Part shown: piece after piece, positions 28,922-37,271 of the stretch
How positions within the stretch are numbered: the first letter of the stretch is position 1
Layout: the number at the start of each line of letters is the position of its first letter
From: a virus
Taxonomy: Duplodnaviria > Heunggongvirae > Uroviricota > Caudoviricetes
Length of the DNA: 49,189 bases
Reading direction: 5' to 3' (one strand)
Virus record (IMG/VR): IMGVR_UViG_3300045988_153230
The notes under the pieces: generated by a model
Told to the model about the DNA's origin: nothing
Database searches by the model: none
What the model saw: the letters and a program-made list of their open reading frames with translations, nothing else
Translations under genes and position numbers: made by a program

Positions 28922-29544
28922 CAGCACACCTCCCCAGCCAGCAATGCGGATACAAATCCGATATAGCTGCCATTATCATCAACATAACGAGACACCGCGC
29001 AGTCAAAACGATCCGCTTCCTCATCCGTTGCCGGGATTTTATGACCTCCAAATGACAGGTACTGAACTTTTACGCCTGATTTGGCCTCATCCTTCTCAAA
29101 TGGGATATCCATACCCTCTGTGTCATCGTAGACCGCCGCACTCAATAAGTTATCCAGTTCGCGCTGAGTAAAACCAATTGAGTCCAGAGCAAAATCATCG
29201 GCCGCAAGATCTGCAAGTTCCGCGCTTAACAACTCTTCATCCCAACCAGCATTCAGCGGAATACGGTTGTCGGCCAGACGATATGCCTTCTTCTGATTCT
29301 CCGTTAGCCCTTCCAGAACAATGCAGGGAACGTCATCCATCCCCAACTGAGTGGCCGCAGCAATTCGACCATGACCAGCAATTACAACGTTGTTCTCGTC
29401 TATCAGGATCGGATTAGTCCATCCGTACTCCTGTATGCTGGCAACAATCTGATCTACCTGCTCCACGGAGTGTGTGCGAGCGTTCTTTTCATAACCAATC
29501 AACACAGAAAGTGGTAAAGAAACCACATTAAGATGTTTTGTCAT
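28921..29544 (-). CDS. ParB/Srx-like nuclease-domain protein, paralog 2
   Basis: 207 aa; ...KNARTHSVEQVDQIVASIQEYGWTNPILIDENNVVIAGHGRIAAA...; clear paralog of 25664..26254. Confidence 0.7.
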   Translation of the reverse strand: MTKHLNVVSLPLSVLIGYEKNARTHSVEQVDQIVASIQEYGWTNPILIDENNVVIAGHGRIAAATQLGMDDVPCIVLEGLTENQKKAYRLADNRIPLNAGWDEELLSAELADLAADDFALDSIGFTQRELDNLLSAAVYDDTEGMDIPFEKDEAKSGVKVQYLSFGGHKIPATDEEADRFDCAVSRYVDDNGSYIGFVSALLAGEVC

Positions 29545-29789
29545 GCCGTTTATCCGCTAAAATCCCCTCGCTTGTGCAAGCAAGTGGGCCTCGGTTTGTA
29601 TCCACGGCACCCTGTGGGTATGAATGACTGTCGTCAGGTCGCAACTGACGGCGGTCGCCCACCTTCCAGTAATAAAAAAGCCACCAGCATTAACTCCACA
29701 GCGAGCTGGAGTTAATGAGGCAGCTTTGGTTTGCGCATTATCGCAGCCCCTGATAGGCACAAGAGCTGCTGTAATGCGTTACGCAGGGA

Positions 29790-30107
29790 TCAAACGGATG
29801 CGGCCGTTTCGTCGTCTTCAAGTACCGCGCCTTCTGGCAAATCAACACAGGCAAAAACAGGGCAGCCAGGATAACGATCATCTTCCATCGCAATCAGCAT
29901 CGACTCACCGAACCACTCTGTGGTAGCACGACCATCAGCCGCCTGATAGTGAATCAGATACTGGTTTTCGCCATTTGCATACTGAGCACGGGCTTGAACT
30001 TCTCCCCACTCTTCACTGATACGCATTGTTACCAGTTGGGATAATTCAAACTTAAACGGAACAGACTCTGCACCAATGGCAATCGGTTTATCTTCTTTCT
30101 TTTCCAT
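29790..30107 (-). CDS. Hypothetical protein
   Basis: 105 aa from ATG at 30107 (MEKKEDKPIAIG...) with AGGTGA RBS. Confidence 0.5.
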   Translation of the reverse strand: MEKKEDKPIAIGAESVPFKFELSQLVTMRISEEWGEVQARAQYANGENQYLIHYQAADGRATTEWFGESMLIAMEDDRYPGCPVFACVDLPEGAVLEDDETAASV

Positions 30108-30156
30108 AACATCACCTGAAAATAAAAAGCCCCGCGACACCGCGAGGCTGTAAGAG

Positions 30157-30309
30157 TTACTTTCGATATAAATCAAGGCGCATTTGCTCCCGCTTAAGCC
30201 GAAAAGCTCTCTGCGCCACTAAGATGCGCCACAGGACACCAGCAACAACCACCAGCGAGAAACAAAACCACACGGCCATAATCACCAGAAAAATGCCAAG
30301 ACCATTCAT
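30157..30309 (-). CDS. Small hydrophobic protein (50 aa)
   Basis: ATG at 30309 giving MNGLGIFLVIMAVWFCFSLVVVAGVLWRILVAQRAF...; below the ORF-track size cut-off; followed by a hairpin plus T-run on the minus strand (~30124..30150). Confidence 0.35.
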   Translation of the reverse strand: MNGLGIFLVIMAVWFCFSLVVVAGVLWRILVAQRAFRLKREQMRLDLYRK

Positions 30310-30512
30310 GAAACTATCCATTTTCCAATGAATACCTCCAGTAATATCAAGAGATACGCCATACCAATTGCGTTTCCTATCGATATAGCCAAGACAAACC
30401 TCAAAGATAACGAGGTGTCTTTCGCTTTTCTCCAGACGTAAGCGCCAGCCAGAAATACCAACAAATCTCTTATTGGAAGCGGTAACCAGAACAAATCACC
30501 AGACAAATCCAC
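30306..30512 (-). CDS. Small membrane protein
   Basis: 68 aa with two hydrophobic segments, tightly packed between neighbours. Confidence 0.45.
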   Translation of the reverse strand: MDLSGDLFWLPLPIRDLLVFLAGAYVWRKAKDTSLSLRFVLAISIGNAIGMAYLLILLEVFIGKWIVS

Positions 30513-30514
30513 GG

Positions 30515-30970
30515 TTATATCCTTCCATTAATTTTTATCGGATGACCAGATAGCCTTACGCAGTTGAGCTGTAAAGCTCCGGTATCAACTAACTGATCAA
30601 CTAACATGATTAGAGCTTCATATTCAGACTGATAGCTAACCTGACGCATTCGACCGCCGTTGTTCTCCAGAATGTCGGCCACCTTTGCAGCCAACTCGCT
30701 TAGACAGGAGAACTTATTCCCATATATCGTTTTATACTCGCGCTTCTGGCATTCTTCGGCTTGCGGCTGGTTATCGAAAGCTATCAGCGACCGATGGCTA
30801 TCAAGGAAGTCCACAATCTCATTCAGGCACTCTTTAGCTGCCTCATCGTGACTTTTTCCGTATGCTTCATGGAGGACTTTCATCCTCATCATTGCTCCAT
30901 CACATATAGTCGAAAGCGCATAAAGCACATCACTAACCGCCATTTCTTTTTTGGTGCTTGTCGAAGGCAT
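30515..30970 (-). CDS. Hypothetical protein
   Basis: 151-codon ORF in operon context; no family recognised. Confidence 0.5.
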   Translation of the reverse strand: MPSTSTKKEMAVSDVLYALSTICDGAMMRMKVLHEAYGKSHDEAAKECLNEIVDFLDSHRSLIAFDNQPQAEECQKREYKTIYGNKFSCLSELAAKVADILENNGGRMRQVSYQSEYEALIMLVDQLVDTGALQLNCVRLSGHPIKINGRI

Positions 30971-31044
30971 CCCATGTTCTCCTTTGTCTGGATGTAAAAA
31001 AGCCCCGGCAATTGCCGAGGCTTGTTGTTCGTTATCGTTACGGT

Positions 31045-31266
31045 TTAATGCTCGCGTCGTCCGGCGACAACTTCGGATTTGAATTTCAGGTCGCCCAGCA
31101 AGAATTGCAGTTTAAGCATCTTTGCCGCCGTGTAGTTCCCTGATTCCACAACCTCTTTCATGAGGTCATAAACGGCCGCTACATCATCAGCCAGGAACTC
31201 TTTGCGTTGCTGCTCAGTCGCACGTTTGAAGGAAATACGCATTACTTTACGGTCTTGTTCTTTCAT
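31045..31266 (-). CDS. Hypothetical small protein, first gene after promoter/leader cassette copy 1
   Basis: 73 aa; ATG at 31266 with GGAGA RBS supplied by the conserved cassette. Confidence 0.55.
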   Translation of the reverse strand: MKEQDRKVMRISFKRATEQQRKEFLADDVAAVYDLMKEVVESGNYTAAKMLKLQFLLGDLKFKSEVVAGRREH

Positions 31267-31383
31267 CGGGTTATCTCCGGTTTAACCAGGGCGGGTATCG
31301 CTCGGTTTCGGGTATAACCTTAGGAAATTTTTTCCCACCTGTAAAGCACTTTTTATATAAATCTATAATTATATAATTCTATA
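31267..31383 (-). promoter_or_regulatory. Conserved ~115 bp promoter/leader cassette, copy 1
   Basis: Near-identical to 38340..38452 and 48439..48555; contains AT-rich palindromes (TATAATTATATAATT) and the RBS (GGAGATAACCCG-ATG on minus strand) of the downstream gene. Confidence 0.6.
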
Positions 31384-31966
31384 CCACTTGCCAGAGAGCA
31401 TCATGCAACTGGATACCTCCATTGCACTGGTTGCCCCAGCCATGCCAGCCATCAGGTAAATCACCGCGAGCAAACAGCTCAATACGAGGAACATCGCCTA
31501 ACAGCTTTACCAGCTTGTCACGGACCACATCAGGCTTCCGAGAATGCTCCAGACGAGGCGATGTAAACGACTGAATGATCCCCGCATCAAGACGGGTCGG
31601 CAGTTTGCCTTTTACCGCAAACAAGCAATCTTCACTGTTTGCACGAGTCATATGCCCCATCCCCATCACCAGCTTATCTGGTTGTCGGCTACCACATTTG
31701 TTCCATGTGAAGCCCTTCATGGTCATCAGCCTGAATCCCCATGCTTTCACCACCAGCAACGCTTCTTCTGGCTGAGTCGGAACCCACCACATGGCCAACA
31801 AACACGATTCAGGATTAGCAAGCTGCCAGACAGGAATACGAGCAATATCCTCAGCTTTCATCGTTGGATACTTAAAACCAGCGCCACGATTCCCATCCTT
31901 ACACTTGTCTTTGTATTCCCAGGGGGGATCTGCATAAATCAGATTAAACAATGCAATTGCCTCCAT
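31379..31966 (-). CDS. DNA N6-adenine methyltransferase, MT-A70 family
   Basis: 195 aa; N-terminal LIYADPPWEY motif (DPPW) typical of MT-A70/phage Dam-like methylases. Confidence 0.8.
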   Translation of the reverse strand: MEAIALFNLIYADPPWEYKDKCKDGNRGAGFKYPTMKAEDIARIPVWQLANPESCLLAMWWVPTQPEEALLVVKAWGFRLMTMKGFTWNKCGSRQPDKLVMGMGHMTRANSEDCLFAVKGKLPTRLDAGIIQSFTSPRLEHSRKPDVVRDKLVKLLGDVPRIELFARGDLPDGWHGWGNQCNGGIQLHDALWQVV

Positions 31967-32274
31967 GTTAGTTGTGTCTCCGGCGCTTATCTCCGGCAGT
32001 CATAACGCTGGCCAGCTCTACAGCAAACACAACGAAAAGGGCACTAACCAGACTGATTAATGCCCTTGCCTGTTGTGTGCCGGATATCGCCCGACAACGC
32101 TGTTTTGGTAACACGGCTACAGTTCCGCGCCGCTCCAGCTTTTACCCCTTTGCGGATAACAGGCCCTGCCTGTAACTTAGCCCCACGTTCGCCCGAAATG
32201 CGCACCAGGCACGCATAAAGATGAGCACGAAGGAAGTAACTCCACCGCGCTTATCTTTATGTGTGAGAGTGAAT

Positions 32275-32350
32275 TGGTGGCCCCTACCGGATTTGAACCG
32301 ATGACCGTGCGATTATGAGTCGCCAGCTCTAACCACTGAGCTAAGGGGCC
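32275..32350 (-). tRNA. tRNA with CAU anticodon (Ile2/Met type, ileX-like)
   Basis: Minus-strand sequence GGCCCCTTAGCTCAGTGGTTAGAGCTGGCGACTCATAATCGCACGGTCATCGGTTCAAATCCGGTAGGGGCCACCA folds by eye into acceptor, D, anticodon (loop CTCATAA) and T arms with encoded CCA; the 5' half matches E. coli ileX as I recall it. Confidence 0.85.
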
Positions 32351-32519
32351 ATATTTGATCTGTTTGTCTGGTGTGGCGCCGCGCACGAAAATCCCAGCCA
32401 ATAAATTCAGGATTTTTGGGCGCGGCGGCATATCAGACAAACATGGTTGATGCGTGCGCTCATGAGAAAAGCGCATAGAATGTTGTAACTATATATTTAT
32501 ATAATTATAGAAATATATA

Positions 32520-32729
32520 TTACTTGGGGCAGTTGATTTCCCATGCCCTGTTATGAGCCAGAATATCTTTCTTTGTCTGGCGGTCCATAACATCGATATC
32601 GTGATCAGTCAGGTAGATGGGCTTTACCCAATCACAGGCGGTATCAACCACCACCGGGACGCTTCCACGACTCCCGCAGCTCGCGATCAACATCGTCATC
32701 AGCCATATGGTTAACACTCTGCTGTACAT
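32520..32729 (-). CDS. Rz1-like outer-membrane lipoprotein (o-spanin)
   Basis: 69 aa; signal plus lipobox-like LIASC; overlaps the 3' part of the Rz-like ORF in another frame. Confidence 0.6.
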   Translation of the reverse strand: MYSRVLTIWLMTMLIASCGSRGSVPVVVDTACDWVKPIYLTDHDIDVMDRQTKKDILAHNRAWEINCPK

Positions 32730-32922
32730 TCCCCACCTCTTTTGTCACTTCTATACGCCGCTCCGCAGTGGCTTTTACGGCGGCTGCTTTCTCATTAATG
32801 CGCTGCTTTTCAGCTTCATCTTCGGCCTTTTCTCGCCCCTTCATACGACCAAAACCAAACGCGCCGAATGCAACCAATATAATTGTGCCAATAAATGACA
32901 AAACGGCCTTCAAACCAGTCAT
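32644..32922 (-). CDS. Rz-like i-spanin
   Basis: 92 aa; N-terminal transmembrane segment then charged coiled-coil; ATGA overlap with the endolysin stop. Confidence 0.6.
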   Translation of the reverse strand: MTGLKAVLSFIGTIILVAFGAFGFGRMKGREKAEDEAEKQRINEKAAAVKATAERRIEVTKEVGNVQQSVNHMADDDVDRELRESWKRPGGG

Positions 32923-33461
32923 ACCACCACTCGCTCTTTCATCCAGCCGTAGACAAACGACTCATTCGCCTCGCGCTTCTCCGCCAACTCCAGATAGCGT
33001 TCGCCCTGCGTACAGTTCAGCGACGTCAGCATCACCCGTTCGCCGTCTTTTCCCCGATTCCCAAGATAAGCACGCAGCGCATTAATGGTACGTGGACCGA
33101 TTCGTCCATCTGCATCCAAATCGGGATACAGCTTCCCACGCAGATTGAACACATTCAGCCAGCGTTGAAGCATTTTGGACGCCACTGTTGGCCCCATATT
33201 CACACCGGTATCACACAGCTCTGCGGCAATATCAGAGGATAATGCGGCCACCTGATCAAAGCGTGGTCCGTACCAGTAATCAGCCTCAAGGATTTCTAGT
33301 GCCTGTTCGCGGGTTAAATCGCGCATATCGCCACGGTATCCATGAGCACGGGCAGTGTTCTGAGTAATGCCCCACTTTGTTGGGCCTCCCTTGTCGTCAG
33401 GGTGATCCACATAGCCGCCCTCTTTTCCAAGAATGCTGTTAAAAATCTCATCTTTGGTCAT
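32919..33461 (-). CDS. Endolysin, GH108-type lysozyme with peptidoglycan-binding domain
   Basis: 180 aa; N-terminal ILGKEGGYVDHPDDKGGPTKWGIT motif characteristic of GH108 family endolysins. Confidence 0.8.
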   Translation of the reverse strand: MTKDEIFNSILGKEGGYVDHPDDKGGPTKWGITQNTARAHGYRGDMRDLTREQALEILEADYWYGPRFDQVAALSSDIAAELCDTGVNMGPTVASKMLQRWLNVFNLRGKLYPDLDADGRIGPRTINALRAYLGNRGKDGERVMLTSLNCTQGERYLELAEKREANESFVYGWMKERVVV

Positions 33462-33744
33462 GATTAAATCCTAATGCGTCAACTATCCGCGCCAGATTGC
33501 CCCTGAAATACAGAACAACGATGCAGATAATCAGATTTCCAATAACCACCAGCCAGTGGGATTCTTGATAAAGACCGAACACATAACGGAAGGGAACATT
33601 GGCGTATACAATGACGTAGATATAAGCCAGAAAGGAAACAAATGGACGATGCCTGGAGTCTTTCCGTCGATAAAGCATCAGCGCCATTACTATTACTGTG
33701 CAAAGCACCGCATTAATCAGTGCTGACGGGTCACTGCTTACCAT
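33448..33744 (-). CDS. Membrane protein, probable holin/antiholin
   Basis: ~98 aa from ATG at 33744 (strong GGAGGGGG RBS) with three hydrophobic segments; immediately upstream of the endolysin. Confidence 0.55.
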   Translation of the reverse strand: MVSSDPSALINAVLCTVIVMALMLYRRKDSRHRPFVSFLAYIYVIVYANVPFRYVFGLYQESHWLVVIGNLIICIVVLYFRGNLARIVDALGFNHDQR

Positions 33745-34126
33745 TTGAACCCCCTCCACGTAAGCGGGAAAGCATTCCAAAGATGCTACCGAGATCCTGG
33801 CTGTTTACGAACGTGAGGATTTTAATGGTCAATGCAGCCACAATAACCGCACCAAGCGCATCCAGAGGACGATCGTTGTAGCTGGTCCATTTGGCAAGAA
33901 ATGAGCCAACTAACGGCGCTCCAATCACTCCAACAATGAACGATGTAAAGAAATAGCCAATCAGCTTGAGACGGCTAATATTCACCGCTGTAGCAACATA
34001 GAAAACAGCGCCAGCAAATGCCCCGAATACAACGCCGTAATCAATACCAGTTGCAATACCAAAAACGCTGGCACCCATCAGGCCACCAGCAGCAACGGCC
34101 GTACCGGAAATTGGTTCTGCTGACAT
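33731..34126 (-). CDS. Putative holin
   Basis: 132 aa from ATG at 34126 (GAGGA RBS), multiple Gly/Ala-rich transmembrane segments; first gene of the lysis cassette. Confidence 0.6.
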   Translation of the reverse strand: MSAEPISGTAVAAGGLMGASVFGIATGIDYGVVFGAFAGAVFYVATAVNISRLKLIGYFFTSFIVGVIGAPLVGSFLAKWTSYNDRPLDALGAVIVAALTIKILTFVNSQDLGSIFGMLSRLRGGGSNGKQ

Positions 34127-34139
34127 TGAAATCCTCGTT

Positions 34140-34169
34140 AAAAAAAAGCCCCGCCGAAAAAGGCAGGGC
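34140..34169 (-). terminator. Rho-independent terminator just upstream of the holin gene
   Basis: Minus strand GCCCTGCC-TTTTTC-GGCGGGGC followed by T8, ending ~15 nt before the holin RBS. Confidence 0.55.
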
Positions 34170-34503
34170 TTCATAAAGCAACAAATTACGCGGTAATCGC
34201 TTAACGCAGTTTTACTACGTTAAATGAAACACTACACCCAGTTACCACCTAAAACAAGGTTTTCCCACAAAAAAACCTTCATATCGTGGTTAATTGATCG
34301 ATAAAAAAGCAATGTTCAACTTTTTACCAACCGAACATCCCGACCAGGACTTCCATAATATTCGCCGATATGCCACTGCTTAAGTTGAGTAATCTTCTCC
34401 AACATAACTCCCATAGAGTCCAGTTTCTGCCATGTTTTCGGTTGTATGTGCTTCATTACCCGCTCTGAATATCTGAATACTGCTCGTAGCCTCGCTAAAT
34501 TGC

Positions 34504-35361
34504 TCACTTGTCGCCTCCTTTACGAATCTGTTCCGCCCATTCCCCAAGAGATTTCTCCGCATATTCACCGGACAGGCCATCAATCGGGTGCGGTTCATTA
34601 GCCAACTCTTCTTTCGCTGACAAAATCATGCGTGTAACGTCGAAAACTTCAGCCAAAGGCTTATTGATAAATCCGTGATTGAACGCAGCAGCAAGACGGC
34701 TGGCGGTATAGTTAATCCCCTCGTTGCGTGCTTCCGCACGTACTTCAGCAAGGAAAGCATCGGTGGCTGGGGTTTCGACATTAGGTCGAAGCTCATAATC
34801 ACAAACTCTTTCAATCCATGGTGATACTCTGTCGCATTTCCTCTTCTTGCGTTCACCGACCTTGGTTGCCTGCTGAATAATTACCCCCCAGCAAATGCTT
34901 TCGACCTCTTCGCTCCATCCATCGCAAGCATCGCCTCTATAGTCGTCAATTGCAGCCTCAGCAGCAGCGATAGCCTCCTCAGCAGTTTTGTGACACTCGA
35001 AACTAAATTCAGAGCCATATGAGAAATACATAGCCCCGGCCTTAAGCCCCGCATTCTCCGCCGCCAGCGCCGCACGACAGGCCTCCAGTTCAGCAATACG
35101 CTTGTTTTGGGCTTCCCGCTCATCCAGTAGTGCCAAAGCAACCTTTGGGTTGAACGCGGCAACATAACGAGCGTTGTTCTCTGCATTTTTCTGTCCATCA
35201 AAGCCGGTCCATTTGATAACGTCTTCACATCGTTCATCACCGGGCGTGTGCACCGCATAAGTACCAGTATCCGTCGAAATAAATGCGACCCATTCGTCTG
35301 GTGTTGCCTGTTTTGCTATCTCACGCAGCGCCTGATAATTAATTGCTGTGCTGTTAGTCAT
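34504..35361 (-). CDS. Ead/Ea22-like protein
   Basis: 286 aa from ATG at 35361 (GGAG RBS); Ala-rich coiled region (...ELEACRAALAAENAGLKAG...) and overall pattern resemble lambdoid Ea22-like proteins as I recall them. Confidence 0.55.
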   Translation of the reverse strand: MTNSTAINYQALREIAKQATPDEWVAFISTDTGTYAVHTPGDERCEDVIKWTGFDGQKNAENNARYVAAFNPKVALALLDEREAQNKRIAELEACRAALAAENAGLKAGAMYFSYGSEFSFECHKTAEEAIAAAEAAIDDYRGDACDGWSEEVESICWGVIIQQATKVGERKKRKCDRVSPWIERVCDYELRPNVETPATDAFLAEVRAEARNEGINYTASRLAAAFNHGFINKPLAEVFDVTRMILSAKEELANEPHPIDGLSGEYAEKSLGEWAEQIRKGGDK

Positions 35362-35695
35362 TCCAAGACTCCAGCTCTGTTTCAATTTCTTTATCGATCT
35401 CATCGTTTGTGGCTTCTTCATCCAGATGGTCACGAGCCTCTTTACGATACTTTTCTCTATGCGCTTCATACCAGTTAGAAAACTCCGGCGACCAGCCTGT
35501 GTCCTTGCCGTCGTAGTCAAACTTGGCATTTTTCTCAGCCATGCTTTCAACCATGTTTTCAGCCGTAATAAGCCCCAATTCACGCATCCCACGCAAAAAA
35601 CTTTTACGCATGTGAGGGCTAACTTTCGAATCACAAACAGGCTTAAATTTGACTTCCCAACGGCGAATACAACGTGCATTAAGTGATTTGTTCAT
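35354..35695 (-). CDS. Hypothetical protein
   Basis: 113 aa, acidic C-terminus; operon context. Confidence 0.5.
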   Translation of the reverse strand: MNKSLNARCIRRWEVKFKPVCDSKVSPHMRKSFLRGMRELGLITAENMVESMAEKNAKFDYDGKDTGWSPEFSNWYEAHREKYRKEARDHLDEEATNDEIDKEIETELESWND

Positions 35696-35697
35696 AG

Positions 35698-36294
35698 TTA
35701 TGCTTCCTGAATACGCTTAAACTCAATTACCCATACCCACGGGTTAGATAGCCAGTTCTCTTGCCCGTAAATACCGCGCCAGATATCACCAAAGCCAACG
35801 CGATAAACAGCTTCCGGCGGTGTAATCTTGTACGTCGCCGGAGATGCGCCTTCCGCTTTAGCATCTGCCTCGCTCATGTCATGCAGCCGTTCCACACGCA
35901 CGTCGGTTATTTCCAACAGAATACGGCTGGCCCAACGTGGCATGTGAATTGATGGGGTCCAACCCTCAGCTGGCTTGCTACTATCTGAGTAATCAGCCTT
36001 GTAATCACACAGTTCAGAAGCCAGAGAGACACCATCTTTGATTTCCTGAATGACATCGTTATCCAGCCAAAAAGCGTTGAATGTTTCACGTACCCATATG
36101 CGATCACCAACGTTACCGAACGGACATAAACCATGTTTCGGTGCATCCATAACATGGGTACAGACACCATTGCGTTTCTTTGTCGGTTTACTGATAACCA
36201 GGCAGTTATCCGCCCCGACATTTTTTACAGGTCGGCGAGTCTGCGTTTTCCTTCCTTCGAGGATGGCCCGGACCATCTCATCGTTAAAAATCAT
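35698..36294 (-). CDS. Conserved phage protein (N-terminal MIFNDEMVRAILEGRKTQTRRP motif)
   Basis: ~198 aa from ATG at 36294; the N-terminal motif recurs in lambdoid prophages but I cannot name the family. Confidence 0.5.
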   Translation of the reverse strand: MIFNDEMVRAILEGRKTQTRRPVKNVGADNCLVISKPTKKRNGVCTHVMDAPKHGLCPFGNVGDRIWVRETFNAFWLDNDVIQEIKDGVSLASELCDYKADYSDSSKPAEGWTPSIHMPRWASRILLEITDVRVERLHDMSEADAKAEGASPATYKITPPEAVYRVGFGDIWRGIYGQENWLSNPWVWVIEFKRIQEA

Positions 36295-36550
36295 GCCGCG
36301 CTCTTTCACTCTCCCTCCCACGTTTTCAGACTTTCACCACAAAACGGGCAAAATGAAACTCGAATCGGTGATTTAGAAAACTCACCGGAACGCAACATCA
36401 CCAAATCAGGTCCACGGGTTAAACTCTCATTCCAGATTTTGTATAGCAGTAAGCCTTTTCTTACTGAGCATTCAGCATCACGCTCAAGAGACTTTGCCAA
36501 TGCAGCACACGGCTCTATTCGATTGCCATTAATTCGACAATTTGATCCAC

Positions 36551-36916
36551 TCACTTCAACTCCTCCCGACGACGTTCCTGAAGCTCTAGCATTGCGGCTC
36601 GGAAATCCTGCCACCACTCCTCATCTGCAACGGGGGTGTTCCGCTCCAGCACCTTGTCCGCATCTGCGATCAGATTTGCCAGACTCTTGTCTGAAATCTT
36701 CGTTACCGGAGTCGTTGGTTGCTCAACCTGCCCGATAGGTTTTATCGTGCTCAAAAGGAGGCGACGGCTGGAAAGTGGCGACCCACAACGGCGCCCATCT
36801 TCCTTGCGATATGTTTCTTTCGGACCAACACACCAAGTTGTCGGCGTTTCGCGTAACTTCACTTTTTTCTCACCATCAATGGTGATGATTATTCCGGTAT
36901 GGGTTTTGATGCTCAT
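36551..36916 (-). CDS. Hypothetical protein
   Basis: 121 aa, ATGA overlap with the upstream gene. Confidence 0.45.
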   Translation of the reverse strand: MSIKTHTGIIITIDGEKKVKLRETPTTWCVGPKETYRKEDGRRCGSPLSSRRLLLSTIKPIGQVEQPTTPVTKISDKSLANLIADADKVLERNTPVADEEWWQDFRAAMLELQERRREELK

Positions 36917-37194
36917 GCCACAGCCCCTCTCAACGGCTTAACTTTGGCTAATAAGGCGTTAAACAACATGGAGTTAGAATTCATGCCAAATGGCAATTCC
37001 GGTTTAGCGGAGTAGTACAGGCAACCATTTATTTTCCTGGTTGTTATCTGTCCTTCGGCAACCATGCTTCTCAGTCTGCAACGCATAGAGTTCTGCGACA
37101 CACCAATGTGCTCCGCGATTACGTCCACTTTTGAACATGGGTGATCGGTCAGGAAATTAATCACATCTTGGGGGTTAATAATTTTGCGTTTCAT
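36913..37194 (-). CDS. Winged-helix DNA-binding protein, FaeA-like
   Basis: 93 aa from ATG at 37194 (AAGGA RBS): ...VINFLTDHPCSKVDVIAEHIGVSQNSMRCRLRSMVAEGQITTRK...; AT-rich palindrome motif immediately upstream. Confidence 0.5.
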   Translation of the reverse strand: MKRKIINPQDVINFLTDHPCSKVDVIAEHIGVSQNSMRCRLRSMVAEGQITTRKINGCLYYSAKPELPFGMNSNSMLFNALLAKVKPLRGAVA

Positions 37195-37271
37195 TGTCGA
37201 GGCGTCCTTATACATTTATATAAATATATAATTCTATATACAGCGGGAGACATCCCGCCGTATGCTTACTG

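Noticed and set aside
31972-32270. Toxin or virulence cargo (stx-like) between the methylase and the tRNA
   Set aside because: Only ~300 bp of non-coding sequence with short ORFs; no plausible coding region of the required size.
32180-32470. Additional tRNA genes flanking the CAU tRNA
   Set aside because: Could not fold the flanking sequence into a cloverleaf with a CCA-proximal acceptor stem; the adjacent structure is a long inverted repeat.
36306-36617. 103-codon minus-strand ORF with C-terminal CPFCGE
   Set aside because: Would overlap the upstream gene by 67 nt from its ATG; the only internal ATG gives a 30-aa product. A short zinc-ribbon protein cannot be excluded, but the start is unsupported.
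36133-36738. 201-codon plus-strand ORF overlapping several minus-strand early-operon genes
   Set aside because: Runs antisense across three tightly coupled minus-strand genes; Pro/Ser/Arg-rich translation without motifs.
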